The notes under the pieces are model-generated. The model saw only the letters and a list, made by a program, of their open reading frames with translations, did not search any database and was not told where the DNA came from. The translations under genes were made by a program, and so were the position numbers. Below, one piece after another: positions 32,768 through 42,299 of a DNA stretch of 64,000 bases (position 1 is its first letter; each line of letters starts with the position of its first letter). The stretch lies in the IMG/VR virus record IMGVR_UViG_3300036797_000054, positions 1 through 64,000 of that record; one strand, given 5' to 3'. This DNA is from a virus (taxonomy: Duplodnaviria; Caudoviricetes).

Positions 32768-34135
32768 ATGCCGAATGAGTCACAGGCCGAGCGCGAGCAG
32801 CTTCGGATCAGCGAGTCGGCCGTCATGCTCGGACTCGCCGAGGGCGAGGACCGCACCGAAGACGGCACCGTCCTGCTCCACCTGATGCGCCCGTGCCTCG
32901 GCAAGGGCCGCGGCCGCCACATCTACGAGGCGGACATGCTCCAGCATCACGCCGACAGCGGCCATTTCAACGACTGGCCGATGTTCGTGGACCACGAGTC
33001 ACCGGCGGCGCGCAAGAAGGCCGAAGGGCTGCCGCGCTCGCTACGCGACGTTGGTGGTCGCGTCGTGCGGACGTGGTGGGACCCGACGGTCGAGGCCGAC
33101 ACGAGCAAAGGATTCGGCAAGGGCGCAGTCGTCGCCGAGGCCAAGCCGGTGCCATGGGTGCACGAGCTGATCGAGCACGACCCGAAGCTGGTCAACGTCT
33201 CGCTCAACACCTTCGCCACCGGCGTGCGCCCCAAGAGCGTCGGCGGCAGGCCCGCATACGTGGTCGAGGGATTCGCCGACAAAGGGAGCGCCGACTGGGT
33301 GACGCTCCCCGGCGCGGGCGGTCGCGTCGTCCAGCTCCTGGAGGCCGCGATCGAGCAGGCCGACGACGACACGACGCCCGACGAACTGCTGGAGGGCTTG
33401 TCTGACGACGAGCTCGCCGCGCACATCCGTAAGCACCGGCCGCGAGTGGCCGAGGCAATCAACGACGAGCCAGGGGACTCTGGCGAGGAGGAGACAGACA
33501 TGGACCGCAAGGAGGTTCAGGAGGCCGCGATCGAGTCCCTGCGCACGGACGAGGGCAAGGCCGTTCTACAGGAAGTCGTCGCCGAGGCCGTGGAGTCAAG
33601 CGTCGGCGAGACGATCAAGAAGGTGCTCCCCGAGGCGATCGGTGCAGCCGCAGCGACGATCGAGGAGGGCGCACGCCGCGCCGCGAGCGCCGAGGTGCGC
33701 CAGGGCCAGCTCGCCACGCGTGCGCACAAGAAGATCGTGGAGGCCAAGCTGCCCGAGCGCTTCGAGCAGTCCGCGCTGAGCCGCTTCGAGCGCGTCAACC
33801 TGGAGGACACGGTGGACGACGAGTCGGGCGATGTCACGGAGACGGCCGAGCAGAAGCTGGACGCGCTGGTCGAGGCCGAGATCAAGGAATCTCGCGAGCT
33901 CGTCGCCTCGGTCAACCCGACGGCGGTGCGCGAGAACGGCGACGGCGGCGGCGAGGACGACGTGACCGAGAACGGCGACAAGCCCGACACGAGCCACATG
34001 CGCCACCAGCTCCAGGAGGCGGGCATCGACTGGAGGACCGCCTACGGCGTCACCGAGTCCGAGGAGACGCCCGAGGAGAAGAAGGACAAGGGCGGCAAGG
34101 ACGAGGAGCGCGAGGCCGAGGGCGCGGCGGCGTAG
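32768..34135 (+). CDS. prohead protease / scaffold fusion
   Basis: MFVDH, RSLRDVGG, VSLN, SADWVTLPGAGG protease motifs; acidic helical C-terminal half; upstream of capsid genes. Confidence 0.85.
   Translation: MPNESQAEREQLRISESAVMLGLAEGEDRTEDGTVLLHLMRPCLGKGRGRHIYEADMLQHHADSGHFNDWPMFVDHESPAARKKAEGLPRSLRDVGGRVVRTWWDPTVEADTSKGFGKGAVVAEAKPVPWVHELIEHDPKLVNVSLNTFATGVRPKSVGGRPAYVVEGFADKGSADWVTLPGAGGRVVQLLEAAIEQADDDTTPDELLEGLSDDELAAHIRKHRPRVAEAINDEPGDSGEEETDMDRKEVQEAAIESLRTDEGKAVLQEVVAEAVESSVGETIKKVLPEAIGAAAATIEEGARRAASAEVRQGQLATRAHKKIVEAKLPERFEQSALSRFERVNLEDTVDDESGDVTETAEQKLDALVEAEIKESRELVASVNPTAVRENGDGGGEDDVTENGDKPDTSHMRHQLQEAGIDWRTAYGVTESEETPEEKKDKGGKDEEREAEGAAA
33500..34135 (+). CDS. nested in-frame scaffolding protein
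   Basis: GAGGAGGAG RBS before in-frame ATG (MDRKEVQEA). Confidence 0.55.
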   Translation: MDRKEVQEAAIESLRTDEGKAVLQEVVAEAVESSVGETIKKVLPEAIGAAAATIEEGARRAASAEVRQGQLATRAHKKIVEAKLPERFEQSALSRFERVNLEDTVDDESGDVTETAEQKLDALVEAEIKESRELVASVNPTAVRENGDGGGEDDVTENGDKPDTSHMRHQLQEAGIDWRTAYGVTESEETPEEKKDKGGKDEEREAEGAAA

Positions 34136-34179
34136 TCGGCGACACGACCAGGAGACTCTGAGAGGAGAACCGAACCACC

Positions 34180-34572
34180 ATGACCGTCATCCGCCCAGGC
34201 CGCGGTATCCACATCGTCGCGAACAAGCTGCTCACGCACGCCGCCCCGCACTATCAGGGCGGACTCGTCGGCATCGTGCAGAAGCAGGACGAGCCCAAAG
34301 CGTTCGACTCGCTTGCCTCGCGCACGCAGGTTCAGAACGGCGTCAAGTACTTCCTGATCACCAAGGGCGAGACGGAGCTGCCCGCGCTCGCGGGCGCGAC
34401 CGTCGGCCAGGCCGTGTTCATCAACACGACCACCGATGCTCTCACGCTGACGCAGGGCACCGGCGAAACGCTGCCCTTCGGCCGCGTCACCAACTTGCCC
34501 GGCACGTTCGGGCTCAACTCCACGACGATGCGCGTGGACATGGACCTGAAGGACGACATCACGGTCAAATAG
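34180..34572 (+). CDS. capsid cement/decoration protein (DUF2190-like)
   Basis: 130 aa, beta-rich, GGLVGIV..GATVGQAVFI..PFGRV; between scaffold and major capsid genes. Confidence 0.7.
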   Translation: MTVIRPGRGIHIVANKLLTHAAPHYQGGLVGIVQKQDEPKAFDSLASRTQVQNGVKYFLITKGETELPALAGATVGQAVFINTTTDALTLTQGTGETLPFGRVTNLPGTFGLNSTTMRVDMDLKDDITVK

Positions 34573-34634
34573 GCCGTGATGACGCTTTTTCGATCAAGCC
34601 CACCGCGAGAACCAAGAGAGGAACCGGAACGCAA

Positions 34635-35750
34635 ATGACCGCAACTGCCACACCAACGCGGAGCAAGTTCGGCCGTTGGGGTCGTCCGCTCCAGATCTTC
34701 GAGGCGTTCATGGAATGGGGCCAGGACCCCGAGATCCAGGCCGCCATTCAGGAGACGGAGACGCGCGCCGACTTCGCCGAATTCCTGATGGGTGCGATCC
34801 GCACCACGATGCTCCAGGGCTACCAGTACGCGGCCCCGCAGTGGGACAAATACATGGGCGTCGAGTCCGCGCAGGACTTCCGCGAACACCGGGCGAAGGG
34901 GCTGTCCGGCATGAGCGGCATCCACCACGTCGGGGAGATCGGGGAGTACAAGGAAATGCGGCGCGCGCGTCGTCCCATCGCGAGCTACGCGGTGGACACC
35001 TACGGCGCGACTTACAGCATCTCCCGGCACCTGATCATCAACGACGACATGCGCCAGATCATGTCCACGACGCCCGAAGAGATGGGCAAGGCCATGGGCC
35101 GGTTCGTCGCACGCACCGGCGTCGCCCTGATCGAAGGCAACCCGACCGCGCCCGACGGCAAAGCGACGTTCTCCACCGAACGCGGCAACGAAACGACCGA
35201 AGCGCTCTCCGAGGAATCGATCGCGGCGATGTTCACCGCGATGGAGAACCAGTTCGATGAGAACGGTGATCAGATCACGCTGACGCCGAAGGTGCTGGCC
35301 GTCAAGAACCTCACGCTCCAGCTCATCGCGAAGCGCATCGTGCGCTCGCAGGAGACGGGCACGAACATCCAGTACGCCGCCTCGGGCTCCGGGCCGACCG
35401 CAGGTAGCGCCGGGCTCGGGACCAGCCGCTTCGACAAGGGCACGGTCAACCCGCTGGCCGGGATGCTGGACGAGCAGGAAGGCGTCATCCGCGATCCCTA
35501 CTTCCAGGACGCGAACAACTACTACCTGTTCGCCGACGCTGGCGAAAACCCGGCGTTCATCATGGCGTTCCTCAACGGCAACCGCGACCCGTTCCTCGGG
35601 ATGCGCAACCCCGAGGCGCGCTCGGCCCTCCCCGGCGGCACCGACGACCCGTACAAGTTCGACATCGACGCGGTGGACTTCAAGATCAGGCACGACTTCG
35701 GCGCGGCGGTCATCGAACCGCGTGCGGTCGCTCGCGCTGTTGTCGCGTAG
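34635..35750 (+). CDS. major capsid protein (Mu gpT-like)
   Basis: TRADF, VGEIGEY, TYGATYSISRHLIINDD, FLNG..P, FKIRHDFG. Confidence 0.9.
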   Translation: MTATATPTRSKFGRWGRPLQIFEAFMEWGQDPEIQAAIQETETRADFAEFLMGAIRTTMLQGYQYAAPQWDKYMGVESAQDFREHRAKGLSGMSGIHHVGEIGEYKEMRRARRPIASYAVDTYGATYSISRHLIINDDMRQIMSTTPEEMGKAMGRFVARTGVALIEGNPTAPDGKATFSTERGNETTEALSEESIAAMFTAMENQFDENGDQITLTPKVLAVKNLTLQLIAKRIVRSQETGTNIQYAASGSGPTAGSAGLGTSRFDKGTVNPLAGMLDEQEGVIRDPYFQDANNYYLFADAGENPAFIMAFLNGNRDPFLGMRNPEARSALPGGTDDPYKFDIDAVDFKIRHDFGAAVIEPRAVARAVVA

Positions 35751-35793
35751 GTCAACCCCGGCACGACTGAGACAGAGAGGAGCCACACCAACC

Positions 35794-36546
35794 ATGTCAG
35801 CGACAACGAGTCTGCCGGGCGTGACGCTCGACCCCAAGGCAGAGAACGAGCTGGAGGCCGCATTCGGCGTCACGAGCAATGCCGAGGAGCTGGTGCGTCA
35901 GAACGCAGCGCGGTTCACACCCGCGCAGCGTGAGGCGATGACGCAGCGCGTGGACGCTGCGCTCACCAGCACGCTCTACAAGGGCGACCGGAAGGTCCAG
36001 CTCGATGAGAACGGCCACATCCACTGGGGGCCGGACGCGGAGAACCGCGAATTCAAGGACGAGCTCGTCGAGGCGATCGGGCACCCCATCGAGGACGCCG
36101 TGGTCCGTGGCCGCGGCAGCCGCGCGGTGATCAGCTACATCTACCTCAGCCCGCGCAAGTCCTACGAGAAGGACATCATCCCCTACGGGGACGTGTTCGG
36201 CGATGGCCCGAAGCAGGCCGCGCGCACGCCGCAGGCCGCGGCCGACAGCGTGCTCAGCGAGGCTGAGCAGGAGGCCGAGAAGGTGCTGAGCGAGGCTCGT
36301 GCCGAGGCTCAGCGTCTCGCCGAGGAGGCAGCCGCCGAGGCTCAGCGTCTCGTGCAGGAGGCCGAGTCCGAGGCGCAGGGCATCCGCGAGCAGGCGCAGG
36401 AGGACGCACCCGCCGCCGCTGCCGAGGCTGAGCAGGAGGCCGAGAAGCCCGGCGACGGCGATGCTGCTGCGAAGCGCACCGCCGCACGCAGCGGCTCCTC
36501 GCGTCGCGGCAGCAGCCGAGGCTCAGGCGGCAGCAGCCGCAAATAG
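35794..36546 (+). CDS. hypothetical protein with EAQ/EAE-repeat coiled coil
   Basis: GAGGAG RBS; follows major capsid gene. Confidence 0.7.
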   Translation: MSATTSLPGVTLDPKAENELEAAFGVTSNAEELVRQNAARFTPAQREAMTQRVDAALTSTLYKGDRKVQLDENGHIHWGPDAENREFKDELVEAIGHPIEDAVVRGRGSRAVISYIYLSPRKSYEKDIIPYGDVFGDGPKQAARTPQAAADSVLSEAEQEAEKVLSEARAEAQRLAEEAAAEAQRLVQEAESEAQGIREQAQEDAPAAAAEAEQEAEKPGDGDAAAKRTAARSGSSRRGSSRGSGGSSRK

Positions 36547-36579
36547 TCCGCGCGGCCCCGAGCCGCACACATCGTGGGT

Positions 36580-36608
36580 CAACGGGGCGCTCTTGTAGCG
36601 CCCCGTTG
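36580..36608 (+). terminator. hairpin ending the capsid operon
   Basis: 12-bp stem CAACGGGGCGCT/AGCGCCCCGTTG, no clear U tract. Confidence 0.6.
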
Positions 36609-36622
36609 TCTGAGAGGAACCA

Positions 36623-37273
36623 GTGCAGCAGCCGACGAGCCAGAACATCCGCCAGTGGACACCCCAGGTCGATTGGTCGCAGCTCGGCTACGCGGCGGGC
36701 ACGACGCCGGACTCGCTCGACCTGGAGACGGGCCTCGCGTGCGACTACGTGGCCTGGGTGACGGGACGGCTGCTGGATGAATCAATGCCGCCCGCGTTCG
36801 AGCGCATGGCGCAGAAGGCCGTCGTGCTGCGCGTCGAGCAACAGGTGAACCTCGACTCCGAAGAACAGCAGGAAGCGCTCAACGCCGGGCAGGCGCTGAA
36901 AGGGTTCTCGGTCACGGGCTACTCCGAGCAGTACGTTGACCCCGGCGACGCGTCCAAGAGCCAGCGCGAAGGGATGATGATCAACCCCAACGCTGAGCTC
37001 AACAGGCTGCTGTGGGCGCTGTGCACGCCCGAACGGATGGCGTGGTGGCGTGGTTTCCTCTCCGACGGCGGGATTCCCGCCTACGGCGTCGTGGAGATGG
37101 ACTGGTCGGGCGCAAACCGTTGGGGTGGCTACCCCGATGCCCTGGGCGGCGGTCTACCGGGCGACATGCCCGGCATCGGCAGCGGCTCGATCGACGGCTG
37201 GCCTGTGTACGGAGGCTGGCCGCACGGCTCGAACGACACGATCGTGATCGGCGGCGAAGCAGGAGTCTTCTGA
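36623..37273 (+). CDS. probable head-to-tail adaptor
   Basis: Position; KGFSVTGYSEQY resembles the adaptor beta-hairpin. Confidence 0.55.
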   Translation: MQQPTSQNIRQWTPQVDWSQLGYAAGTTPDSLDLETGLACDYVAWVTGRLLDESMPPAFERMAQKAVVLRVEQQVNLDSEEQQEALNAGQALKGFSVTGYSEQYVDPGDASKSQREGMMINPNAELNRLLWALCTPERMAWWRGFLSDGGIPAYGVVEMDWSGANRWGGYPDALGGGLPGDMPGIGSGSIDGWPVYGGWPHGSNDTIVIGGEAGVF

Positions 37274-37830
37274 TGAGCCTGCGACGCGCCTGTGTGGACA
37301 AAGCGCGCGCGGTCTACGACGTGGAGGACCCGGCCCAGCCGTGGATCGAGGGCGAACCGTGGGCCGAACAGCAGCTCGGGCCGTGGTTTCGCTGTCGCCT
37401 GACCGTCCAGCAGCCGACCGAGGGCACCGGCGTCGCCGGTATGCGAGGCATGGCGGCGCGCGGCTACCACCGCATGGAAGGCGAGGCGCACCTGCTGCTG
37501 CTGCCGGTCTATGAAGACGGCAGCTCGCTGACCGATGGCCGCCCCGGCGTTGGCGAATTCCTGGCCTTTGACGACATGATGATGCTCCAGGTCATCTCCG
37601 AGGCCAGCGCCGACGAGCTGTGGCACGTCAGCACCGGCATCCAGCCGATCCGCAAGCTCAAGCGCGTGATCGGCTTCGAGGTCGGTCTGCGGCGCGCACG
37701 CGAGCCGCGCGTGGTCGAGGGGCCGTTGCCAACTGAGGGATCGCCGCGGCCGACACCTCTAGTAGGTGCTGTGGATCTCCGCGAGCGAGCGCTGCGTACC
37801 CTGAACCGTGGCGGCGAGGTGGGGCTGTAG
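37273..37830 (+). CDS. probable head closure (stopper) protein
   Basis: Position and size; TGATG coupling. Confidence 0.5.
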   Translation: MSLRRACVDKARAVYDVEDPAQPWIEGEPWAEQQLGPWFRCRLTVQQPTEGTGVAGMRGMAARGYHRMEGEAHLLLLPVYEDGSSLTDGRPGVGEFLAFDDMMMLQVISEASADELWHVSTGIQPIRKLKRVIGFEVGLRRAREPRVVEGPLPTEGSPRPTPLVGAVDLRERALRTLNRGGEVGL

Positions 37831-38316
37831 ATGCCGTACGCCGATCCCGCAGCCCGCAAAGCCTTTGCGAAACGGAGCTATGCCGCAAAGCGTGAGGAGG
37901 TCAAGGCCGCACGACGAGCACGCCACGAACGGCAGCGCGCCGCAGAGAATGCCACCGAGAAAGCGCGTCGGGAGGCGGATCGCGAGCACTACCGTGCGCT
38001 TGCGCGTGCTGGCTATCGCCGACGCAATCCGACGATTCAGCGTGTTACATGCCATACCCCCGAGGAGCGTCGGGCGCGAGTACGGCAACGCAAACAAGCT
38101 CGGCGAGCTCGTGAACGCGATCAGTTCGTGGAGCAGGTTGATCCGCATATCGTGTTCGAGCGTGACGAGGGAATCTGTGGCATCTGCCACTGCGCAGTCG
38201 ATGTTGCTGACTACCACGTCGATCATGTGATCCCGCTCGCACGCGGCGGCGAGCACAGCTACGCAAACGTACAGGTCGCGCATCCCACCTGCAATCGGCG
38301 CAAGGGGGCGCGCTGA
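37831..38316 (+). CDS. HNH endonuclease
   Basis: ERDEGICGIC...HVDHVIPLARGGEHSYANVQVAHPTCNRRKG. Confidence 0.9.
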   Translation: MPYADPAARKAFAKRSYAAKREEVKAARRARHERQRAAENATEKARREADREHYRALARAGYRRRNPTIQRVTCHTPEERRARVRQRKQARRARERDQFVEQVDPHIVFERDEGICGICHCAVDVADYHVDHVIPLARGGEHSYANVQVAHPTCNRRKGAR

Positions 38317-38843
38317 TGTCATACGAGCAAGAGGGCGATCTGATCGCCATGTTCGACCCCGAGCTCTCGCGGCGCGCGACCTACAAGATGGCCGACGCGG
38401 GCGGCGACTGGCTGCTGGAGCGCGTCATCGCGAACACGCCGGTCAGCTACACCGGCCTCGCGCTCCAGTTCGGCGGCTTCACGCCAGCGCGCACACCCGG
38501 CACGCTCAAGCGCTCGTGGAAACGCGGCCCCGTCGAGCCGCGTGTCGGGGGCATCGACCCCGGCTTCGAGGTCAAGGTCGATACGCACGACCCGATCGCG
38601 GCCTACGTCGAGTGGGACACGCGCCCGCACATCATCCGACCGCGCACCCCCGGCGGTCGCCTGCGCTTTCGCACATGGCCCACGGGCGAGCTCGTCTACG
38701 CGCGCGTCGTGCATCACCCCGGCACCAAAGGACAGCACATGATGAGCTTCGCCGCGCACGCCGCGACGTTGAACTTCGATCACATCGTGGATGAGCCTCT
38801 GCGCCACTGGGCGCGCGAGCAGCAGGCGAAAGTGAACGCCTGA
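38316..38843 (+). CDS. HK97 gp10-like neck/tail completion protein
   Basis: NTPV..GTLKRSW..AAYVEWDTRPHIIRP..VHHPGTKGQHM. Confidence 0.8.
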   Translation: MSYEQEGDLIAMFDPELSRRATYKMADAGGDWLLERVIANTPVSYTGLALQFGGFTPARTPGTLKRSWKRGPVEPRVGGIDPGFEVKVDTHDPIAAYVEWDTRPHIIRPRTPGGRLRFRTWPTGELVYARVVHHPGTKGQHMMSFAAHAATLNFDHIVDEPLRHWAREQQAKVNA

Positions 38844-39451
38844 TGCGTACCCGCGAGGATGCGATCCGCTCGACCCGTCGCTACATCGCCTCGGCGCTCG
38901 GCTCTCCGCCGTGGCGCGTGCGCATGGACATGGACGGCCGCTTCAAGCGACCGACCGCGCTCGTGCAGTTGCCCAACCCCGCGGGCTGGACGCCAGGCGG
39001 CGTGGACACGGTGCGGGGCACCGCGGCGATCACCGTGCAGCTCTTCCCCGAGATCGGCACGACGAGCTCGGAGAGCAAGATTCTCGCCGAGCGCGCTGCC
39101 GATCTGCTCAGCGACGCGCTGCTGCTCGGCGTGCCCGACGCGCACGACCCCACCGTCGTCGGCCACCGCGAGCTGATCCCGCTGTGGGATTACACCGACA
39201 CCGAAGGCAATCCGCTCCCGCTCGACGAAGGGCCGCAATCAATCGCGACCAAACGCACGCCTCGGGATTTCCTCATCGTCGCCCCCGGCTGGACGTTCCA
39301 GACGATCGCCGAGGCACCCGATGACCAGCTTTACACCACCATCGGCGAGTTGCGCGTGCAGTGGTTTAGAAATGCTCGCCTAATCTCTGATGGGCCAGTG
39401 CTCAAAGAGGTTTTCGTAGACCCCGTTCCCGACGTGACGATCACGGTCTGA
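38843..39451 (+). CDS. probable tail terminator protein
   Basis: Position between gp10-like and sheath genes; size. Confidence 0.55.
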   Translation: MRTREDAIRSTRRYIASALGSPPWRVRMDMDGRFKRPTALVQLPNPAGWTPGGVDTVRGTAAITVQLFPEIGTTSSESKILAERAADLLSDALLLGVPDAHDPTVVGHRELIPLWDYTDTEGNPLPLDEGPQSIATKRTPRDFLIVAPGWTFQTIAEAPDDQLYTTIGELRVQWFRNARLISDGPVLKEVFVDPVPDVTITV

Positions 39452-39460
39452 GAGGTTTCG

Positions 39461-39874
39461 ATGGCAGAGACAACGCAGCGCAGCCGAGCCAAAAGGACGC
39501 AGGCCAAGCCCGATCGCACCGAGGAGACGCCCGAGGAGGCAACCACCGAGGAGACGGCCGAGAACGGCGAGGCCCAGGAGCACGAGCAGCCCCAGGGCGA
39601 GGGCACCGGCAGCGAGATCGTCGTGCCGGGACCGGCCGACCCGGACCCCGCGGGGCCGAGCGATGCGGGAGAGGCGGTCGAAGACCTGACCGAACCAATC
39701 GAAAAGAGCTTGCTGCTCAGCAGCAGCGACGCGCTGCGCAGCTACGACCCGGCAGTGGTGCGAGGCGTCCTCAAAGACGCGCCAGACCCGATCAGCATCG
39801 CCGACGCCCGGAAGCTCATCGAGGACTTCCTGACCGGCGTCGTCGCGCTCAACCCCGACGACGAGGAGGCGTAG
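39461..39874 (+). CDS. acidic hypothetical protein
   Basis: GAGG RBS; immediately upstream of sheath. Confidence 0.65.
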   Translation: MAETTQRSRAKRTQAKPDRTEETPEEATTEETAENGEAQEHEQPQGEGTGSEIVVPGPADPDPAGPSDAGEAVEDLTEPIEKSLLLSSSDALRSYDPAVVRGVLKDAPDPISIADARKLIEDFLTGVVALNPDDEEA

Positions 39875-39881
39875 TCCCGCT

Positions 39882-41378
39882 ATGAGCGGCATCTTCAACC
39901 CTTCGGCGCTCCCCGATTTGCCGGGCGTCTACACGGATTACGAGGCGGCACCGAACACGACGCTGCCGCCCTCTCCCGGTGGGATCGTCTCGCTCCCGCT
40001 CACCCACGACTGGGGTCCCGCGAACCAAGCGATCCTCCTGCGCTCGTTCGGCGAATGGGAGAAAGTCTTCGGCACCGACGAATCGGCTGGGCGCAGAGCC
40101 GTCTACATGGCGTTCCAGGGCGAGGGTTTGGAAGGCGCAGGCGGCGCGAGCGCGGTCTACGTCAACCGCATGGCGAGCGCCGAAGCTGCCGCTGCCACGA
40201 TCGCGCTCAAAAACCCGGCAGCCACGGCGGCGATCTCCGTCAGCGCGCGCTACAAAGGCACACGCGGCAACCGCTTCAAGGTCACGGCCTCGCCGATCGT
40301 GGAAGGCAAGCAGACGATCACGCTGCTCGACGGCACGGCCGAACTGGAATCGTTCCCCCTCGAAGTCGCCGAAACGGGCGCGCTCAAAAATCTCGTCGCG
40401 CTCATCAATGCCGTCTCGCCGTGGGTCGAAGCCGCGCTCACGACCGAGGGCACGACGGGCCTCGCCGCGGGCACGTTCGCGCTCGCGACCGGCAACGACG
40501 GCGCGACGCTGGTCGGTGCGGACTGGCTCGCAGGAGTGCAGGCGTTCAACGACGTGGACTTCGCCTACCTCGCGCCGTTCGACCTGCCATGGGCACCCGG
40601 CACGCCCGGCAAAACCGTGCGCGAAACGATCAGCTCGCTCCAGGCATGGTGCGACGAACAGTGCAACGCGGGCCACCGCTTCACGATCGTGTTCGGCGGC
40701 GCGCTCGAAGAGGAACCGACCACGGCTGTCAGCCGCGCGCTGGAACTGAAAGACCCGGTGGTGATGACCGTGGGCGGCCCCGGCCTCACCGACGAAGTGT
40801 TCGGCAAGCTCTCCAGCTCGCAGCTCGCACCTCGCATTGCTGGTATCCGCGCGCAGCGCGGCGAGACGCAGAACGCTCACTTCGCGCGTCTCGCAGGCAC
40901 GCTGCCGCTACCCAAGGCCAGCGGCTCGGCGGTCACGCTCAACGAGTACGAGGAGATGGTCGGCGCAGGCGTCATCGCGCTCCAGCGCGACCGCTACGCG
41001 GCTGCGCCGACGCGCATCGTCAAGGACGTGAACACCTGGCAGCCCGCAGACCGCACCACGCAGAACGAAGAACGGCCGCGGAACATCTACGGCAACCCCA
41101 AGATGGTGCAGTCGATGCAGCAGTTCGCCAACGAAGCCGAGCAGGACATGGCGGTGGAGATGATCGGCAAGGTCGTCGTCAACAACACCACGCGCGGCAT
41201 CATCGCTGCGCGCGTACTCAAGCTCGCTCAGCCGCGCATCAAAACAGGAGCGTTCCAGCCCGGCGTCAAGGTGACGCCGGAACCGGGGTCCGACTCGGAC
41301 GACTTCGTGATCTTGAAAGTCGAAATCGCCTTTGGGCGCGCGCTGGCGCAACTGTTCCTCAAAGCCACCGTGAGCTGA
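39882..41378 (+). CDS. contractile tail sheath protein
   Basis: LPGVY, DWGPAN, ARYKGTRGN, LATGNDG, RIVKDVNT. Confidence 0.9.
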   Translation: MSGIFNPSALPDLPGVYTDYEAAPNTTLPPSPGGIVSLPLTHDWGPANQAILLRSFGEWEKVFGTDESAGRRAVYMAFQGEGLEGAGGASAVYVNRMASAEAAAATIALKNPAATAAISVSARYKGTRGNRFKVTASPIVEGKQTITLLDGTAELESFPLEVAETGALKNLVALINAVSPWVEAALTTEGTTGLAAGTFALATGNDGATLVGADWLAGVQAFNDVDFAYLAPFDLPWAPGTPGKTVRETISSLQAWCDEQCNAGHRFTIVFGGALEEEPTTAVSRALELKDPVVMTVGGPGLTDEVFGKLSSSQLAPRIAGIRAQRGETQNAHFARLAGTLPLPKASGSAVTLNEYEEMVGAGVIALQRDRYAAAPTRIVKDVNTWQPADRTTQNEERPRNIYGNPKMVQSMQQFANEAEQDMAVEMIGKVVVNNTTRGIIAARVLKLAQPRIKTGAFQPGVKVTPEPGSDSDDFVILKVEIAFGRALAQLFLKATVS

Positions 41379-41403
41379 CCTACTCAGATCGGAGCAGAGA
41401 CAC

Positions 41404-41985
41404 ATGGGCGCAAATCCAGGGACCATCGGCATCGACACGAACGCCTCGCTGAACGAAGCGCTATGGCGTTTCGGCGGGATGCACGGTCGCGTGCTCGACC
41501 TGAAAGGCAACCTCCTGCACGAGGCGATCTCGCTGTCGGCCGACGTGAACGTCGCGAAAATCAGCGTCGCCCTCGCGGGCACCGACCGCACGGGGTTCAA
41601 GCCTGGGCGGCAGACGCGAGAAGGCACGCTGACCGTCCAGAAGCTCGACACGGCGTGGGAGCTGAACATCTACCGCTGGCTCAACATGAGCCTGGACGAA
41701 CAGCGTGCGCTGCGCGGCAGCGACGAAGCGCTCATGCGCCCGTTCTCGCTGATCATCGAACACGACGACCCCGGCGCGCTCGGCTACGAGCAGTGGCAGG
41801 TGGACGGCTGCCTGATCTGGCAGATGTCCATCGCGATGAACATCGGCGAAGAACTGCTCCAGAAACAAATCCCGATCTCCTGGGAGCGCGAGACGCCACT
41901 GCACGCCTTCGAACGCACGGGCCAGATCGCCTCGAACGGTCTGCCTGCGGTGCAGTACGTCGGAGTGCTCGACGGGCCAGCGTGA
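41404..41985 (+). CDS. tail tube protein (XkdM-like)
   Basis: Follows sheath; EGTLTVQK, DDPGALGYE. Confidence 0.8.
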   Translation: MGANPGTIGIDTNASLNEALWRFGGMHGRVLDLKGNLLHEAISLSADVNVAKISVALAGTDRTGFKPGRQTREGTLTVQKLDTAWELNIYRWLNMSLDEQRALRGSDEALMRPFSLIIEHDDPGALGYEQWQVDGCLIWQMSIAMNIGEELLQKQIPISWERETPLHAFERTGQIASNGLPAVQYVGVLDGPA

Positions 41986-42281
41986 TCGACCACGCTGTCC
42001 TTGTGACGGAGCTACGCGGCCGCATCGCCGCAAAGCCCAACTGGGGGCGACAGGAGCTGCTGGTGCTCATGGCTGAGCTGGAGGTCGAGCACACTGTTCC
42101 CGAGGACGAGATTGATCGAGCGCTGAGGCTGACGATGCCCGCGGCGCTCGATTTGTTGTTCAACCGGATGCCCAGCTTCTTTGGGCACCTGGAGTCAGAG
42201 AGCGGACCAGCCTCTGGCGGCGGCGATTCGATTGCCGACCGCGATGCCTCGGTCGCTCACTCAACGATGGCCGTCAGGTGA
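41982..42281 (+). CDS. hypothetical protein
   Basis: GTGA-coupled ORF filling the gap. Confidence 0.5.
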   Translation: MIDHAVLVTELRGRIAAKPNWGRQELLVLMAELEVEHTVPEDEIDRALRLTMPAALDLLFNRMPSFFGHLESESGPASGGGDSIADRDASVAHSTMAVR

Positions 42282-42299
42282 CGGCACGGGAGGTCAGAA

